Counted from the first letter of the stretch, positions 1-14,629 are shown. The stretch: 64,000 bases of DNA from Octopus vulgaris (GCA_951406725.2 OX597820.1:124062001-124126000), one strand, 5' to 3'. The notes: a model not told the origin generated them from the sequence alone. Made by a program: numbers and translations.

Positions 1-90
1 GTGTGGTAAGAAGTTTACTTCCCAACCACAACGTGAAACCAATTAGCGTAAGTGGATTTTGCTGACGGAAACTGAAAGAAGCCATTTGAG
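1..90 (+). mobile_element. Fragment of tRNA-derived SINE, family A (octopus OK-like)
   Basis: gtgtggtaagaagtttacttcccaaccaca and gtggattttgctgacggaaactgaaagaagcc match the head and body of the full copy at 54383-54780. Confidence 0.7.
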
Positions 91-170
91 CAGACAAACA
101 GCCAGACACACACGCAGACAGACAGACAGACACACAGACATACAAAGGCACACACACTCACACACAGGCA

Positions 171-214
<44 letters not shown>

Positions 215-215
<1 letters not shown>

Positions 216-379
216 AATTATAATTTAGCATATCCAAGAGATACCACCACGCTGGATTTAGTAGCCAAAACTTGACTCTAAAAACTACATTAAATGAACA
301 TTTAATGTGGTTTTAGATTCAAATTTTGGCTGCTATTTCCAGCGTGGTGGTATCACTTAGATAACCTAAATTATAATTA
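215..379. repeat. Imperfect ~165-bp palindrome next to (TA)n
   Basis: taattataatttag...gataccaccacgctgga...acattaaatg is the reverse complement of catttaatgt...tccagcgtggtggtatc...ctaaattataatta; centre near 297-298. Confidence 0.9.
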
Positions 380-455
380 TTATTAACTTTGGAGGTCTTT
401 ATTCCCACGTTGCCCACTTGATCAGATTGATAGTTAAATTAACGATCTTATCCTT

Positions 456-506
<51 letters not shown>

Positions 507-733
507 TATACACTCACACACAGATACATATATATTCAGCAGAATCTACTAAGTTACTCAAAGACTTCCTCATGAAAACAGAATGTGTATTCTACAAAAG
601 GAGTTTGAGTAGCACTTCATTTGAATAATCTATTGTTTTATATATATCTTCATATAAAAACAAACACACACACATAAATATAAACACACTCAGACACACA
701 CATATATATGTATATACACATGTACGTATATTG

Positions 734-807
<74 letters not shown>

Positions 808-1745
808 CATATATGCATATATACATATACATGTGTACACGTATGTACACTTTTATTGATAAAGCAACAACGTATGAGCGTTGTTATTAAACACTTGAGT
901 CAAAGAGATCGTCATATGGTGAGGTTGACAGATTTATAGGGAGGAAAAGATTCAAAGAGGTAGATAATGTAAGATAGCGGAACGGGCAGATAGACAGCGA
1001 CAGAAAAATGAAAGGAATATAAGACTCACTACTTCACTACAGATATGTTTATTGTTTAATATTTTTATTTGATAAACCTGATTAAAACATATTGTATACT
1101 TTCTTTCAGATTTTATTATTTGCTTCCTCACGACAATGTAGATTATTAATGTGCGTTGTGTCTTTGTATTCATGGATATACGGCAAATAACATAAAGAAA
1201 ATATGGAAATTTGATTTATTGATACAACCTGAAAAAGAAAATACAATCCCATTTATCATACATAAATACAATACATTTTTATTTCTCTCATATTGTTTCT
1301 CTCCCTTTCTCTTTGTTTGTTTGTTTGTTTGTTTCTTTCTTTCTTTCTCTCTCTCTCTCTTTCTCTCTCCTCTCGATTTTCATGCATGGCACACGTAGGA
1401 ACACATACCTAGATCCGCAGGACGTCCTTTTAATTTTCATTGTTTCACAAAATGTCAAAATGGCAGATTAAATACAAATAAAAATATTTCCCCGAATGAA
1501 GGAAACTTTGATTTCCTAACACTTGAAGTTCATGTATTGTATCTCTACATTGAATACAGTTAATGTCATAGTAACCAAAGCATAACACGAAATAGGCATA
1601 TAAAATCTGAAAAAGAAAACTCGTGTGCTTGTCGGGTTTATAAAATAACCTTAAAGAAATTACCTGAACATACATATGTACATGTACATATACACATACG
1701 CAAATATAAATATGCACATATGTACACGTAGGTATAGGCAGATAT

Positions 1746-1794
<49 letters not shown>

Positions 1795-2216
1795 AACACA
1801 CATATGCGCGCGCGTGTGTCTTGTATAACGTGACAAGAATGAAATAGAGTTAATTTAAAGAAAGAAAACAATAAAAACATGCTTTTTTGGTTGAAAATTC
1901 GCCGAGTAGCAGTATCAGAGTGTAAGGGAATAATTTTAGAATCGTCTATTGTTTGAAAAACAAAACGAAACGAAAATAATATTGGTCCATTGGTAAACAG
2001 GACACATTTTATAAGTTATGCCAAAAAAAAAAAAAGAAAAAAAAAGAAAAAGGATTCTCAATGCTATTTTAGGTTGGGGTTAAAGCGGTGCAGATATATA
2101 AGAAGGTTATTTTCTAGATGCGTTAAAATGCATATACATACATATCTGTATGTAATATTGTATTTAACCGTGGAGCCAGTGAAAGATGTTTTCATCCCTA
2201 TTCTCCTTGTACTTGA

Positions 2217-2285
<69 letters not shown>

Positions 2286-2642
2286 CTTATGTGAGTTCGT
2301 GTGTTCAAGCATATTTTATTGTGTCTGGGGAGAGGAATTCTCTGTTAGTGCCTTGTTATTTAATACACTCCCCAGTTAAGTTTTCACTCTTTTACATATC
2401 TATTTTCTCTAAAATTTTCGTTCCGTCTTGCAAATCTGTCCCTTATCCGAACTGCGTTCTGTTTGTTTGTTTGTGCGCATGCGTGTGTGTTAGTGTGCGT
2501 GCGCATAGAGATATGCATGTATGTATGCATGTATGTGTGTGTTTGCAAATATGTATGACTCTACGTTTGTATGAATGCATTCAGCATAATGATGTTTTTG
2601 TGTTTTCTTGTTCGTCTGTTTGTATGTATGCGTGTGTGTGCA

Positions 2643-2677
<35 letters not shown>

Positions 2678-3269
2678 ACCTCTATCTCCTTCTGTGTGTA
2701 TGTATGAGTGTGTCTGTGTGTGGGTTTTGTGACTATGTACTGTGTCTGTTATGAATGGATGTGTGTCTCCAAATGTGTCCTTGTGTGAAGGGAAGTGTGT
2801 GTGTATACTGTTACGTGTATCAGTCTTCAGTGCTGGAGTGGCTAGACCGTACCCACCCGAGACCCTGAGAACAACAATCAGGTAAAATGAAAGATTGCAC
2901 ATGCAATAAAGGCTAGCATTATAATCACCTTGATGAACCACATAGTAAAGTTTAACAGGAATCTATACATGTATGTTCAAGGTGCAACCCTTCGTGTCGG
3001 TGTAGCTGGCGATGTGGCTGGCCTCTTCATGTTTTCTATATCTTAGAGCCGACCAAATCCTTATGAGTGGATTTGTTGGACGGAAACTGAAAGAAATCCG
3101 GGTCATATATATATATATATATATGTGTGTATGTGTGTGTATGTGTGAGAGAGAGAGAGAGAGTGTGTGTGTGCCTGCATATGTGTATATATGTATTTAT
3201 ATATATATATGTCTGTGTGTTAGTGTGTGTATGTATATATGTAATTATATATGCATATCTATCTATCTA

Positions 3270-3353
<84 letters not shown>

Positions 3354-3450
3354 GGAGTAAACACATAAATGTGAAACAAGGGGGAAAAAGGAGTACTCAA
3401 ATACCAGTGGTAGAGTAATATGCTTTATTTAAAGCAGCAGAAAATTCAAC

Positions 3451-3498
3451 AAAACCTGTTACTCTGAGTTTCCCGTTGCCGTTCATCGGACAGTTTTT
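3451..3498 (-). ncRNA. Minimal type I hammerhead-like motif (CCGAUGA core variant) in a short repeat (~3352-3500) between (TA)n tracts
   Basis: Minus strand: aaaaactgt-CCGATGA-acggcaacgg-GAAA-ctc a gag-TA-acaggtttt; stems I and III pair, stem II is weak. Confidence 0.55.
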
Positions 3499-3499
3499 G

Positions 3500-3551
<52 letters not shown>

Positions 3552-4079
3552 TTATATGTATGCATATGTATGCATGTTATATTGGTAGAGTGTGTCTTGC
3601 ATTCTAACCTAATAATAAAGTTATAGCACGTGTATATATATGGGTGCGTTTGTGTGTACATATATATGTGTGCATGTGTATGTTTCTGTGTGTGTGTGTG
3701 TGTGTGTGTATAAGTAAGAGTGTTTGTTACATTTATCACTGCATCAATATTTGAAGAATTTATTAGATTTAAATCGTTATCGTATAGTGGTGATGTTAAT
3801 TCATGAACATTTTATCTTTGATACAGTTTATGATTTACCTTTATTTTTACAGAGAAAAACTGATTTCTGGCGATAGTCCAGAAATCAAATGATTGGGATA
3901 CTTTAAAGCTAAACAGAAGTAAAACATAACTCAGTAGAAACACCTATCGTATCAACGGTAATAGTAACAAGTAAAAGAGAAGTCATAAAGAGAGAGAGAG
4001 AGAGAGAAGGAGAGAGAGAAAGAGACAGATGGGGAAGAAAGAGGTGGAGACTCTGAGTCAGCGATGTTAGTAATTACTT

Positions 4080-4480
4080 TTATCTTTTGTCTGTTACTTG
4101 TTTTAGTCAATTGACCGCGGTCATGCGGGGACACCACCTTGAAGAAATTTAGTCGACCGAATCGACCCCATTATTTATTCTTTTACGCTAAGGTACTTAT
4201 TTTATTGTTGTCTTTTGACGCACCGTTATGTTACGGGTATGTAAACACACTTATACCTGTTGCCAAGCGGTGGAGGGTGGAAAACACAAACACATAACAC
4301 ACACGTATGAATACAATTCTATACCATGGGATTCATTAATTTCTCATCTACCGAGTGCACCTACAAGAATTTATTCGGCCCAGGGCTATAGTAGAAAATA
4401 CTTACCGAAGGGAACACTTATAGCGACTGAATCCAGAACCATGTGGTACGGAAGAAAAGTTTTTAACCACATCGGCCTAC
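4080..4480 (-). mobile_element. Degenerate SINE, family A
   Basis: Reverse complement of the family tail (ttacttgttttagtcaattgaccgcggtcatgc...gtcgaccgaatcgacccc) and head (agaaccatgtggtacggaagaaaagtttttaaccaca). Confidence 0.7.
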
Positions 4481-4585
4481 ACTTCTCTTAGTACGGGCTG
4501 AGTGGAGAGTAAAATCAATAGCCGGGTTAATTAATTAATAATTCTCTCTCATATGACGCACATACACTGTTATTTGAGATTGTAT

Positions 4586-4710
<125 letters not shown>

Positions 4711-5383
4711 CATATATATACGTATTTATACAATATATATATATATGTGTGTGTAAATATTTATATAGAGGGGGAGAGGGAGAGATAGTAAGAGATAGAG
4801 TGAGATATTTTTATACAAACGTATCTATCTGTCTAGCTAGCTATCTGTATGTATTCTTAATTTGTTAATTACCATTCGCACCTCATATTCTTTCAGACTT
4901 ACATTTCTATATTTTTGTCCCCTATTATTTTTCTATTCCTAAACTTTTTATTGACTATGTCTGATAACTTTATGTTCTTCCCTTCTATTTCCCTTTGCTG
5001 CATTTTCTCTTATTGTAATTTATTCTTGTCGTCAGATACCGCAACGGCACTATACATTTTTCTATATCTACCGATATATTTAATTCTTGGAAGTAACAGT
5101 TATCTAGCAATTCATTCATACAAAGTGTTTGTAATCTAATAGTGTAAATATACTTGGTTTCCTAATCTTGTTAGTTCGATAACCAAATATTCACGTCCGA
5201 TTCTTATTTGCAAATGTTTCGTTCAGATGTTTCCTTTGAAGGCACGTAATTTCTGGTTCTGTCACACTTCATAGTGCCATGGCAATATTTCTATCGGCAC
5301 GGGACGATCAATGCCCTACTGACATTGATGATTGGCTGGCATGTCGTATGTGGGTGTATGTACACGCGTTGTAATTACATATT

Positions 5384-5474
<91 letters not shown>

Positions 5475-5859
5475 CTATCTATTTATCTAAATGCACACAT
5501 ACACAGGCACGTGCTCATATATAACATAAAATAATAGGGATTTGAAGGAAGTGTCTGTAATTTATTAGCCGTCCGATACAATCCAGATCTGGCTAACCGT
5601 ATCGAAAGATAAGAAGAATACAAAATCGTTTAAGATAAGCAATTAGGCGGTACATTACTCGACATGTAAATCCTGAGTTCGTTTCACTGAATCTCATACA
5701 ACACGCAGAGAATAATAACACATCATAAAGAAGAAATTGGTTTATTTTTGAATTCTCATTAAATTTACATCAAATTTCAATCCAACACGTGTCTCTGCCC
5801 GACAAGTGTCCTAATGTCCTTTGACATTTATATGCATTTAGTTGGTTCAAGTGCAGTAC

Positions 5860-5995
5860 ATATTCACCCAAAGCAGAAGAGATCCATAAGTTAGGTATTA
5901 GGTTGAAAAAGCCTTGGGGTTGATTTGTTCGACTAGAATAACCATCAAGGTGATTCCCCAGCGCGGCCACGGTATAAAACTGAAACACAAAAGGT
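5860..5995 (+). mobile_element. Degenerate 3' part of SINE, family A
   Basis: ggggttgatttgttcgacta...ggtgattccccagcgcggccacggtataaaactgaaacac resembles the tail at 54697-54765. Confidence 0.55.
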
Positions 5996-6791
5996 AATTT
6001 ATACACATATCATTCTAATTCTCTAGGCCACTGTATCTATTCCTCTCACAAACACCCATTTGTGTGGCCCCGTTCTCACACACACAAATATTTTTTACAT
6101 CTCATGAAATCCAATGCTGGATTGTGATCTTATACGTGATATAGCTTCTTTGGCCAATTGCATAATTTATTCAAGGCTTGACATGTTTGAATGACATAAG
6201 GAAAGCAATAACGGTTAGTACATGCTGCCAAAGAATCTTGAGTGTCTTGAGCGTGGAAGGAGAGATAGAAAACTGTGTTATGGAGGAGAAACTTATAAAT
6301 GGTGCGCTAATTCTATTAGTTTACTATACCTCTTTAGTCATTGGGCTGAAGCCATGCTGTTGCGCCGTCACTGATATTTACTTCCTCTTCAACCGTATCG
6401 TGTTGAACGGAATTAATACGATGAATTAAATATAAATCACATTTTTCTCACAAGAAATTTCTCAAATATGTAAAACTGTTAGAATTATCTACTCACATTA
6501 TTAATTCTTTTAGGTATTCTTATCGATGTGTAGAAATTATATTTAACATTTTCATGCACACTGAAACGCCTAAAGACCTTCATTCCAAGAACTGTCTCGG
6601 GAGAGAAACACAGGTTATTGACAATATATCTGAAAGCACACCACTAGACGGCACGAATTCTTAGGACAGAATAATTAATTGTTATAATTTCAATAATATA
6701 TATTAATATACTTAACTTCATATATGCATTTTTTTACATTTGCTTTTTTAATGCTGTAAAATTTCATGTAGAATAAAACGATACACATATA

Positions 6792-7309
6792 TAGGGTCAG
6801 GCAAAATGATCTGACACATTTGTAGGTTAAATAAAAGGCATTGTTTTTCGTTTCTTTTTCAGTTGCTGCCATGAATTGGACTGGTGAGCATCGCGCTTTC
6901 ATTGTAGAAACGTTTATCAAAACAAACGATTCTGTAACTGCAACACAAAGAGCGTTCCATTTGCACTTCAATCTTGGTAGACATGATCCCGTACCAGCTC
7001 GAAACACGATCTTGTTATGGGTTACCAACTTCAGAGCTACTGGATCTGCATTGAAATGAAAATCAACCGGCCGACCTCGCACCGCCAAAACTTAAAGATG
7101 CAATTCGTCAAGAACTGCCATTCGGGATGAAATGACCCGCCGAGTTATTGACAACTATTCGTGAACGCCTTCGACAGTGTGTGGACAATAATGAATCCCA
7201 TTTGACTGATTTAATTTTTAAAACATAATGAAACAAAATGGCATTATAAGTACTTTTCAAAAATAAAAACACTTTTTATGTTTCTTTACTTCATTTGCCT
7301 TTTATTTAA
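6792..7309 (+). mobile_element. Internally deleted Tc1/mariner element with DUF4817-type HTH N-terminus
   Basis: From ATG 6871: MNWTGEHRAFIVETFIKTNDSVTATQRAF...FRATGSALK*KSTGRPRT, joined directly to a C-terminal LKDAIRQE...ERLRQCVDNNESHL; partial TIR ttaaataaaaggca (6827-6840) / tgccttttatttaa (7296-7309). Confidence 0.8.
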
Positions 7310-7479
7310 TGCTGTAAAATTTCATGTAGAATAAAACAATACACATATATAGGCAGACACCTACGCACATACGCATACGTGCGTAAACACACATATAGAC
7401 ACATACACACATAAGTTTAACTTTATGCCCAAGTAATTCAATAACATATTTTACAAAATAGTCTAATCTTAGAATAAAC

Positions 7480-8150
7480 ACATAAGTATCATGGTCACCC
7501 CTGCCATTTGGAAAAGACAGTGTCATAAACCGCACTGTAAAGCAACCATATTCTAAATGCAGGTACTAAAAACATGATACCACTTCAAGTGTGTTTGAGA
7601 TATATTTAGACCAGGGAAAATACTTCTCACTTTATAGAAAGTTTATTTTTCTCTCAGTTACTACTTAGTGCATATGCTGATGAATTTACAATAGCTTGCC
7701 AAAAGAAATACGCCACCAGTCTACAATTTTGTTTCGTTTTCCTTACGCAGTTTAGAATTGACTCTCTTTCGTATCAGGTGCTGACGAGAGAATAATTACT
7801 TCGAAAATGATGTGTCAACCAAACCAACAGGGTACCGCTCTCAACTGACAATGGTGTTTTTAACGAACTGTGTCTTCATCAATATGTCTCCATGATAATC
7901 TGCAGTCAAAAGCATTTTTACGAGTTCAAATATCTCTCAGACATATTCGAGCTAGTATCATGTTTATTGTCCTCTCATTTAGTGCTTCGAGGATTTAAGG
8001 ATACTATGTATAAAACTGTCTTTGCCATATGCTCTTCTAAAATGCACACATGTTGAGGTTTCACAATTTATTCTGTAGCATTAGATTTGAAGACTCACAA
8101 TACTGTATACGAAAATAATCTAAAGTTGTAACATTTACCCAAATGAGTAG
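7480..8150 (-). mobile_element. Possible highly decayed hAT (Buster/Charlie-like) transposase remnant
   Basis: Only scattered minus-strand peptides (QLRAVP..., GVFLLASYCKFI) reminiscent of the family; many stops. Confidence 0.2.
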
Positions 8151-9132
8151 CAGGTTTTTCAGTAATCAGCATTTTGCATTCCCTACCTCACCATTTCTAT
8201 CTGTAATCCTGGAAGCCAAATGATTATTACGTACCTCATAAAATATGTATAATCAAAATACTTAATCAGAATAAAAACGATGGATTGTCAGAGTGGGTGG
8301 AGCGCTAAAAATAATATTTAGCTTTGTGTCTCACTTGCCAGAAACTCATATGAACCGCTCTATTTGGAGGAGACTAATTGTTTTATTCCTGCTCTTTACT
8401 CCAATGACTAAAAGCAAATCTCTAAAAGCCGGGATTATCTCTATTAATCACGCCCACTTAGATATATTTATCAAGTTTTTGTAGTCTCTTCTGTGACTAA
8501 CAACAAAAATGCAACAAAAGACAAATAACAAACATCGATTTGGAAGTAAGTGTACGAAGTATACAGTATTAAGTATTTATGTATTACTGTTCATTACTAA
8601 GTAACGATAAAATCGCAGGCTATGTTATTCCATGACATGTGATAACAGGGTGTTTTTCATTCACCTTATTAATGTCTCTAATTGATCCATGATATACACA
8701 TAAATATCAGATACACAAACTTGTGTGTACAAATACACACGAACACATACGCAGATACGCACGCACGCATGAACACAAATTACAGTCTAATTTATATAAG
8801 TTCTCTCTTGTTGAAAGTGCTTATTGGAAATAACTGTTATTAATGACCAGCCAATTTACCTTATCACTTTCTGTGTGTTTTGTTGAAAGCAATTACGTTA
8901 TTTTCGCAGATATCAGTTTACAGAACTGCTTCATGGATATATTTAATTCTGAAGGCAGAACCCTCACTCTATCCTTCCCTCGCTTTCCATCTCTCTTTCT
9001 CTCTTCCTCTCCCTCTCCCCATATATATATGTGCATATATTCATGTGTGCATATGTAAATGTATATATATATATAAAGGTTTTTTTAATATGCTGGCCAG
9101 TGATAGAATGTTTTCGAAAAATGTTATCCTAC

Positions 9133-9390
<258 letters not shown>

Positions 9391-10152
9391 ATATGTATGC
9401 AGAGGTTTACGCGCACAAACATGTAAATATATTCTTATATATGTCTATGTGTATAAAGGTGTATCTAATTTCTATTCGCATATGGAAATATGATTATGTA
9501 AATTTAGATTCCATTACACTTTTTATTGCCAAACTCGTCTTTGCGCATAAGTCTCTTCTAACCCTCCTTCATGCTTTCTACTTCAGTTCAATTTCCTGAT
9601 TATCGTAATTAAAACGTTCTTGTATTTCTTTGTATTTTCATTACAAGATGTTTAACCTCAAGAGACAAAGGGGATAATGAGTGTACTGGCTGTATTAATA
9701 TATCTGTTTCAGGGTATTTTCACAATATTCATATAATACTTATACAGCTTTATCAAATAGCAGTCGATGTAATGAAATATGTGTTGATAGTTCATTTACA
9801 TCAATTCACTTCAAATACGTAGGTAATATCGTGTGATTTATGTCTCATGTGTTTAGACTATTGATTTGTTTATTACCTATGAATGTTTCATTATCTTGAT
9901 ATGATGTGTTCAAATTCTCCTTTGGGGTTGCTCAAAGCAAATACAGAATGATTTCATTTGCATAATGAGACAAATGTCAACTCTCGTAAATTAAATAGGA
10001 TTAATCACTTGTTTATCTCTAGACTTTCTTATGAAACATGGGAAATGCAGCAAATCATAGTAGTAGCATAAATTTGCATAGAACTATAAAATATTCAAGC
10101 GTTGTTAAATGCTCGAAATACGAGACTATATAAACAGCCAACAACTAGTGCA

Positions 10153-10292
<140 letters not shown>

Positions 10293-10367
10293 GCATATAT
10301 ATATGTATATATGTAAATTTATATACGTATGCATGTGCAGGTATATGTATGTGTGAGTGTGTTTGTC

Positions 10368-10409
<42 letters not shown>

Positions 10410-10416
<7 letters not shown>

Positions 10417-11010
10417 ATACTGGGCGTTCGGGCTATATTTTAGTGTTTTGTCTACTTTAAAAAGAAAACTCGATGTATTGGAGAAGCTAAAGATTACAGT
10501 TGTAGTTGAGAAAAAAGGCGACTGACATGGAGAACTGAAAGCTGCGGGAATATTGGAAAAGCATTACCTGTATCATGATAATTCATGTCAGGTATCAAAA
10601 TAGTGACATCATGAATGCTGATCAATGTCCCGTGGATACCGTAAAGAGTGTAAAACGTGGATTGAATAACCGTAGAGGAAACTTGAGGGCAGCAGCTTTG
10701 AGCAATCTGCTATCACCCAGCCACAAACTACTTGTAGCTGATAAAACGAAGCCGTTGCTAGCAAAAAGGACACGGAGACATTCTGGCAGCGTCAACACGC
10801 CGAAAATCCATCACCAAGTCATTGAACAGGGCCTTAGGTTCATGTTATGTGAAGCTGGAGATTGTGTTCAATTTTTGACCGGAAAGGGTTGTTACTGGAA
10901 AACTTGTATAGCAGCAGGATTCATCTCCTCGCCATACCTCGAGAAAGAGTGAGACAACGTTGCCAAAGAATTTCTGGCCTCCTATTCCCCCTTGTTGTGC
11001 GGTTGAGATG
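10410..11010 (+). mobile_element. Decayed Tc1/mariner (maT/DD37D-like) remnant
   Basis: HTH-like CPVDTVKSVKR segment, then cagcaggattcatctcctcgccat (QQDSSPRH) and KNFWPP, a degenerate WPPxSPD motif. Confidence 0.55.
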
Positions 11011-11037
11011 GGTACCAACTTCTTAGCAGGTGGCCAA

Positions 11038-11253
11038 TATCTGTTTCTTTATTACCGACAAGGGGCTAAACATAGAGGAGACAAACAAGGACAGACAAAC
11101 GGATTAAGTCGGTTACATCGACCTCAGTGCGTAAGTGGTCCTTAATTTATCGACCCCGAAAGGATGAAAGGCAAAGTCAACCTCGGTGGAATTTGAACTC
11201 AGAACGTAACGGCAGACGAAATGCTGCTCAGCATTTCGCCCGGCGTGCTAACG
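11038..11253 (-). mobile_element. tRNA-derived SINE, family B (central domain resembles Meta/MESC domain, from memory)
   Basis: Minus strand: cgttagcacgccgggcgaaatgc...gagttcaaattcc (B box)...gactttgcctttcatcctttcggggtcgataaatt. Confidence 0.8.
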
Positions 11254-11259
11254 CCTTTC

Positions 11260-12990
11260 GGTGGTTAATATCATGAAGTTGTTCGGAGATCCTCCTCGTT
11301 TATTTTCTTCGTAAATGCGATGATTTCAGGAGAGGTCTGTACGATGACGGCTTTCTGTTGTTGTTATAGGATTTCTGGTGATGGATCTGAGGGGCAACTG
11401 GATTTATCAAGGCTTGTCTATAATTGTAATCCTGCCTGGAAGTTTAGTTTCACTTCGTTTAACTTCAGACCGCTAGTGTACATGATTTTCTTGTTGTTGG
11501 TCGGTCTGGTCTTTCTTGTTGGTTTGGTCTTGAAGTTTGGGTTTGAGTTTGTAACGGACCAGGTGAGTATGACATTCTGCGCAGAATGATACCTTGCATG
11601 CCATCAGACCGGCCTCGTTTGCGAACTAGTATTTTGATTGGAGATGCATCCAGGTTATTTCTTTGTGGGAATAGAGTATAGGGGATGACGAGCTGATGTT
11701 CGGTACACAACTCTAGCACGAGTCGTTCGTTGTCGTTTGTAATTCACAACCGCCTGATTGCCGAGGGCTCCTTTCAAGGTTTCTGAATCTCAGCCTACTA
11801 TGGCGCTGAAATCTCCTGGGATTATGTCATTATCATCGACAGGAAGGGGATTCCCTGGAGGAGTCTGCACAGGTCTGAGCTGAACCTGTCCTTGTCTGCT
11901 ACGTCTTTCTGGAGGGTCGGAGAGTAAACGCTGAAGATCGTGTAATACTACTTGTTTTTCAGAGGGAGATACATATGGATGATGTGGTCAGAATGACCTG
12001 CTAGCTGGGATCCCAGCTTTAGAGTTTCTTATCATGAAACGAACACCTGAACGGTGTATTTCCGGTTTGCCTGACCAATATAGGGTATATTAGGCACCAT
12101 GTTATTTCAAGCTGCCTTCCCTTGGGAGCCAGACTTCGCTAGGGGCTGCGATATCAATATCTAGCCTGGACAGTTCATGTGCAATGAGAACAGATCAGAT
12201 TTCTATGTGACCTCTGTCACCTAAGTCATGTATGGTTCTGTCGTTCCAACATGTGATCTTCATACCCTTGGCAACATTTGAAGGTTGTGTGGAGTCTTTA
12301 CTTTTTGTAATTGTGTGTATTCAGCCGCCTTAAGAAGACGCCCTTTGACCGCGTTTTGTCAACTGGGTGTGTAGGAGACAAGCTTTCTTTTGTTGGCCCC
12401 TCTCCATGCAGAGCAAGCAGTGCTCTCCTTAGATAAAGCTGCTTGGTCGTTCAGGATGCTGACGACTGATGTCGTCTCCGGGTCAACACTAGTCGACTAA
12501 TGTCCCGAACCGCCAGGCTGGGAGATACGGAATCCAGTGACATTTTCAACTGCTTTCCATCTTTACAAGGCTTGGAGTACTGTGATCGTTGTCGTATTCG
12601 TGGACGTGGACATGTCCTTCGGCCTGCGCGATGGGATTTTAAGGTGAAGTGCAGTCTGCGCAGAATATGGCACATCCTTTACACCCGGGGTTTATCTACT
12701 GTGACCCAGCTATCTAGGACGATTACAAATGTGTCTTCGGGTCGTAGATTATATATTGGCGTGTCTATATCCTACAGAGGCGGCCGATCATAGCTATCGA
12801 GCCCCATCTACTCGGAGCGGTCTGGTTATACTGGGTCAGACACCCGCAGTGATCATCTCCTGTTGGTTTAGATTCAGGTTGTACCACGAGGAAATCAAAG
12901 TCGGATTTGGGGTTTGCGTCACTCCTTGGACGTTTTAGCCCAGTATGATGCTCACCTAATCAACATCCGGTGGCTATGTGGACCCCCATT
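11260..12990 (-). mobile_element. RTE-clade LINE, 5' portion (UTR plus APE endonuclease pseudogene)
   Basis: Minus-strand peptides IAHELSRLDIDIAAPSEV, YTLYWSGKP, IFSVYSPTLQ and LELCTEHQLVI; interrupted by stops and frameshifts. Confidence 0.85.
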
Positions 12991-14425
12991 TACCACCCAA
13001 TGCAAAACGTAGTCTTTATTTTAAAAATAACGTTAAGAAAATGCAAACGTAGTCGCTAGTTAAATAACTATATAATATACGCATGAAAAAGTTACACTAA
13101 ACATTTCTGCAAACCCCTGTTCTGTTGTGACTTAATCAACATCGCAAGCATGATTTTCTTTTAAAGAGGTGAGTACCTCATATTTTTTATATATTGGTGA
13201 ATTTCCATTGATAGTAGTAAAATTACAAGTGCCCAGAAAAATCTCAAATTAACATCATCTGATGTAGAAGCAATGTCTGCTCTACTGAAATTAATTCTTG
13301 GTGGAATTTAGGGACAAAAGCACCAATAAAATCATTGATAAAATATAGCGGCCTCAGTAAAAGTTGCAACAAAACGCAGACATCTAACTGCCTTTAGTCT
13401 TTATGCTGTCACATTTTATATCTATTTCTATAATCAAATTAAAGAGCTGCTGTGATATCTGGCTATTTTCTAATTTGAAAGATACGGAATCGGATTATAT
13501 ATTGTATAAAATGCTGATTATATTATTAAATCGATATTTGTTTCCGTAGCAAGGAAAGGAATGATTACGTTTATAATTATTTAAATTACTATCATCGATC
13601 AAATACTCGAGATACACGAGGGAAAAGAATACACGAACAATTTGAAGAGAAATTCTAAAAGAAACACACAAATGAATACACGTCCTGCTGATTTTGCTGG
13701 GAAATTATACAGTACAGATCATCATCTACCTTTCTCGTCTGCAACGGTTCCTGTATTTGCTTTCTCGTTTACGTTATCTGTGCTATTCTTGACAAAGCTG
13801 ATAAAGACACTTGTCCGACCCATTTCTGTAATTACTTTTAATGCATCGCTGAAATTTAATTCCATATTATTCGATGACAATTAATACAAGGGTTGTATTC
13901 CCATACCCTTCACGTGCTGCTGACAACGTGTAAAATATATCAGCTTCAAGTTTTTTTTTACTTTATATAACATATTATCTTAGAAGCACATGTATTGTTC
14001 TTCCCTAATATCAACATTTACTTCACTGTTCTTTCTTTGTTTTTAAATTAGATTTATATTAAACACAAGACTTTAGTTTAAAAAGCCCCAAAATGTAAGC
14101 CCTCCCCCCCCTCAGTCCTGAAGTAAACTATGCTGCAACCAAATAAAATGACACTTGTTTATCGATATTTAATTACTTTGTTGCATCATAATATCATATC
14201 CCCAGAGTTTTGAATAGACAGCCTACATGGGTATATGTAAACAAGGAATAAAAGTAGTAGCCGTTTCTGTAATGTTCTGTTAGGAGCATAATTTGCTTCG
14301 AATCTTGATGCTTTATACACTTTCCTCAACTCACGGAAATCTAATTATATAAAATGATATAATAATGCTATCAATCATTACATTCGACAACTTGTAGATG
14401 CGCGTTGCACGCGCGCACGCACGAA

Positions 14426-14466
<41 letters not shown>

Positions 14467-14629
14467 CTCTCTCTCTTTCTCTCACAAATACACCTGCACA
14501 CAAACATTTTCTGTATTTATGTATATACATATTAAGCGTATATACAAATGTATATACAAATTAATATCAAGAGCACCGCTGAATGTAGTTAATGAATTGC
14601 ATATTTGTAGCGTGTATATCAGTTTTAAC

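Noticed and set aside
2809-2957. Possible solo LTR (TGTTA...AATAAA...TAACA)
   Set aside because: Only 149 bp, no target-site duplication and no second copy
7776-7815. CTGACGA...GAAA hammerhead-like spacing
   Set aside because: No stem I or stem III pairing
13140-13180. Strong splice-donor-like AG/GTGAGT (a similar AG/GTATGT lies near 29783)
   Set aside because: No supportable exon or coding frame; such motifs arise by chance
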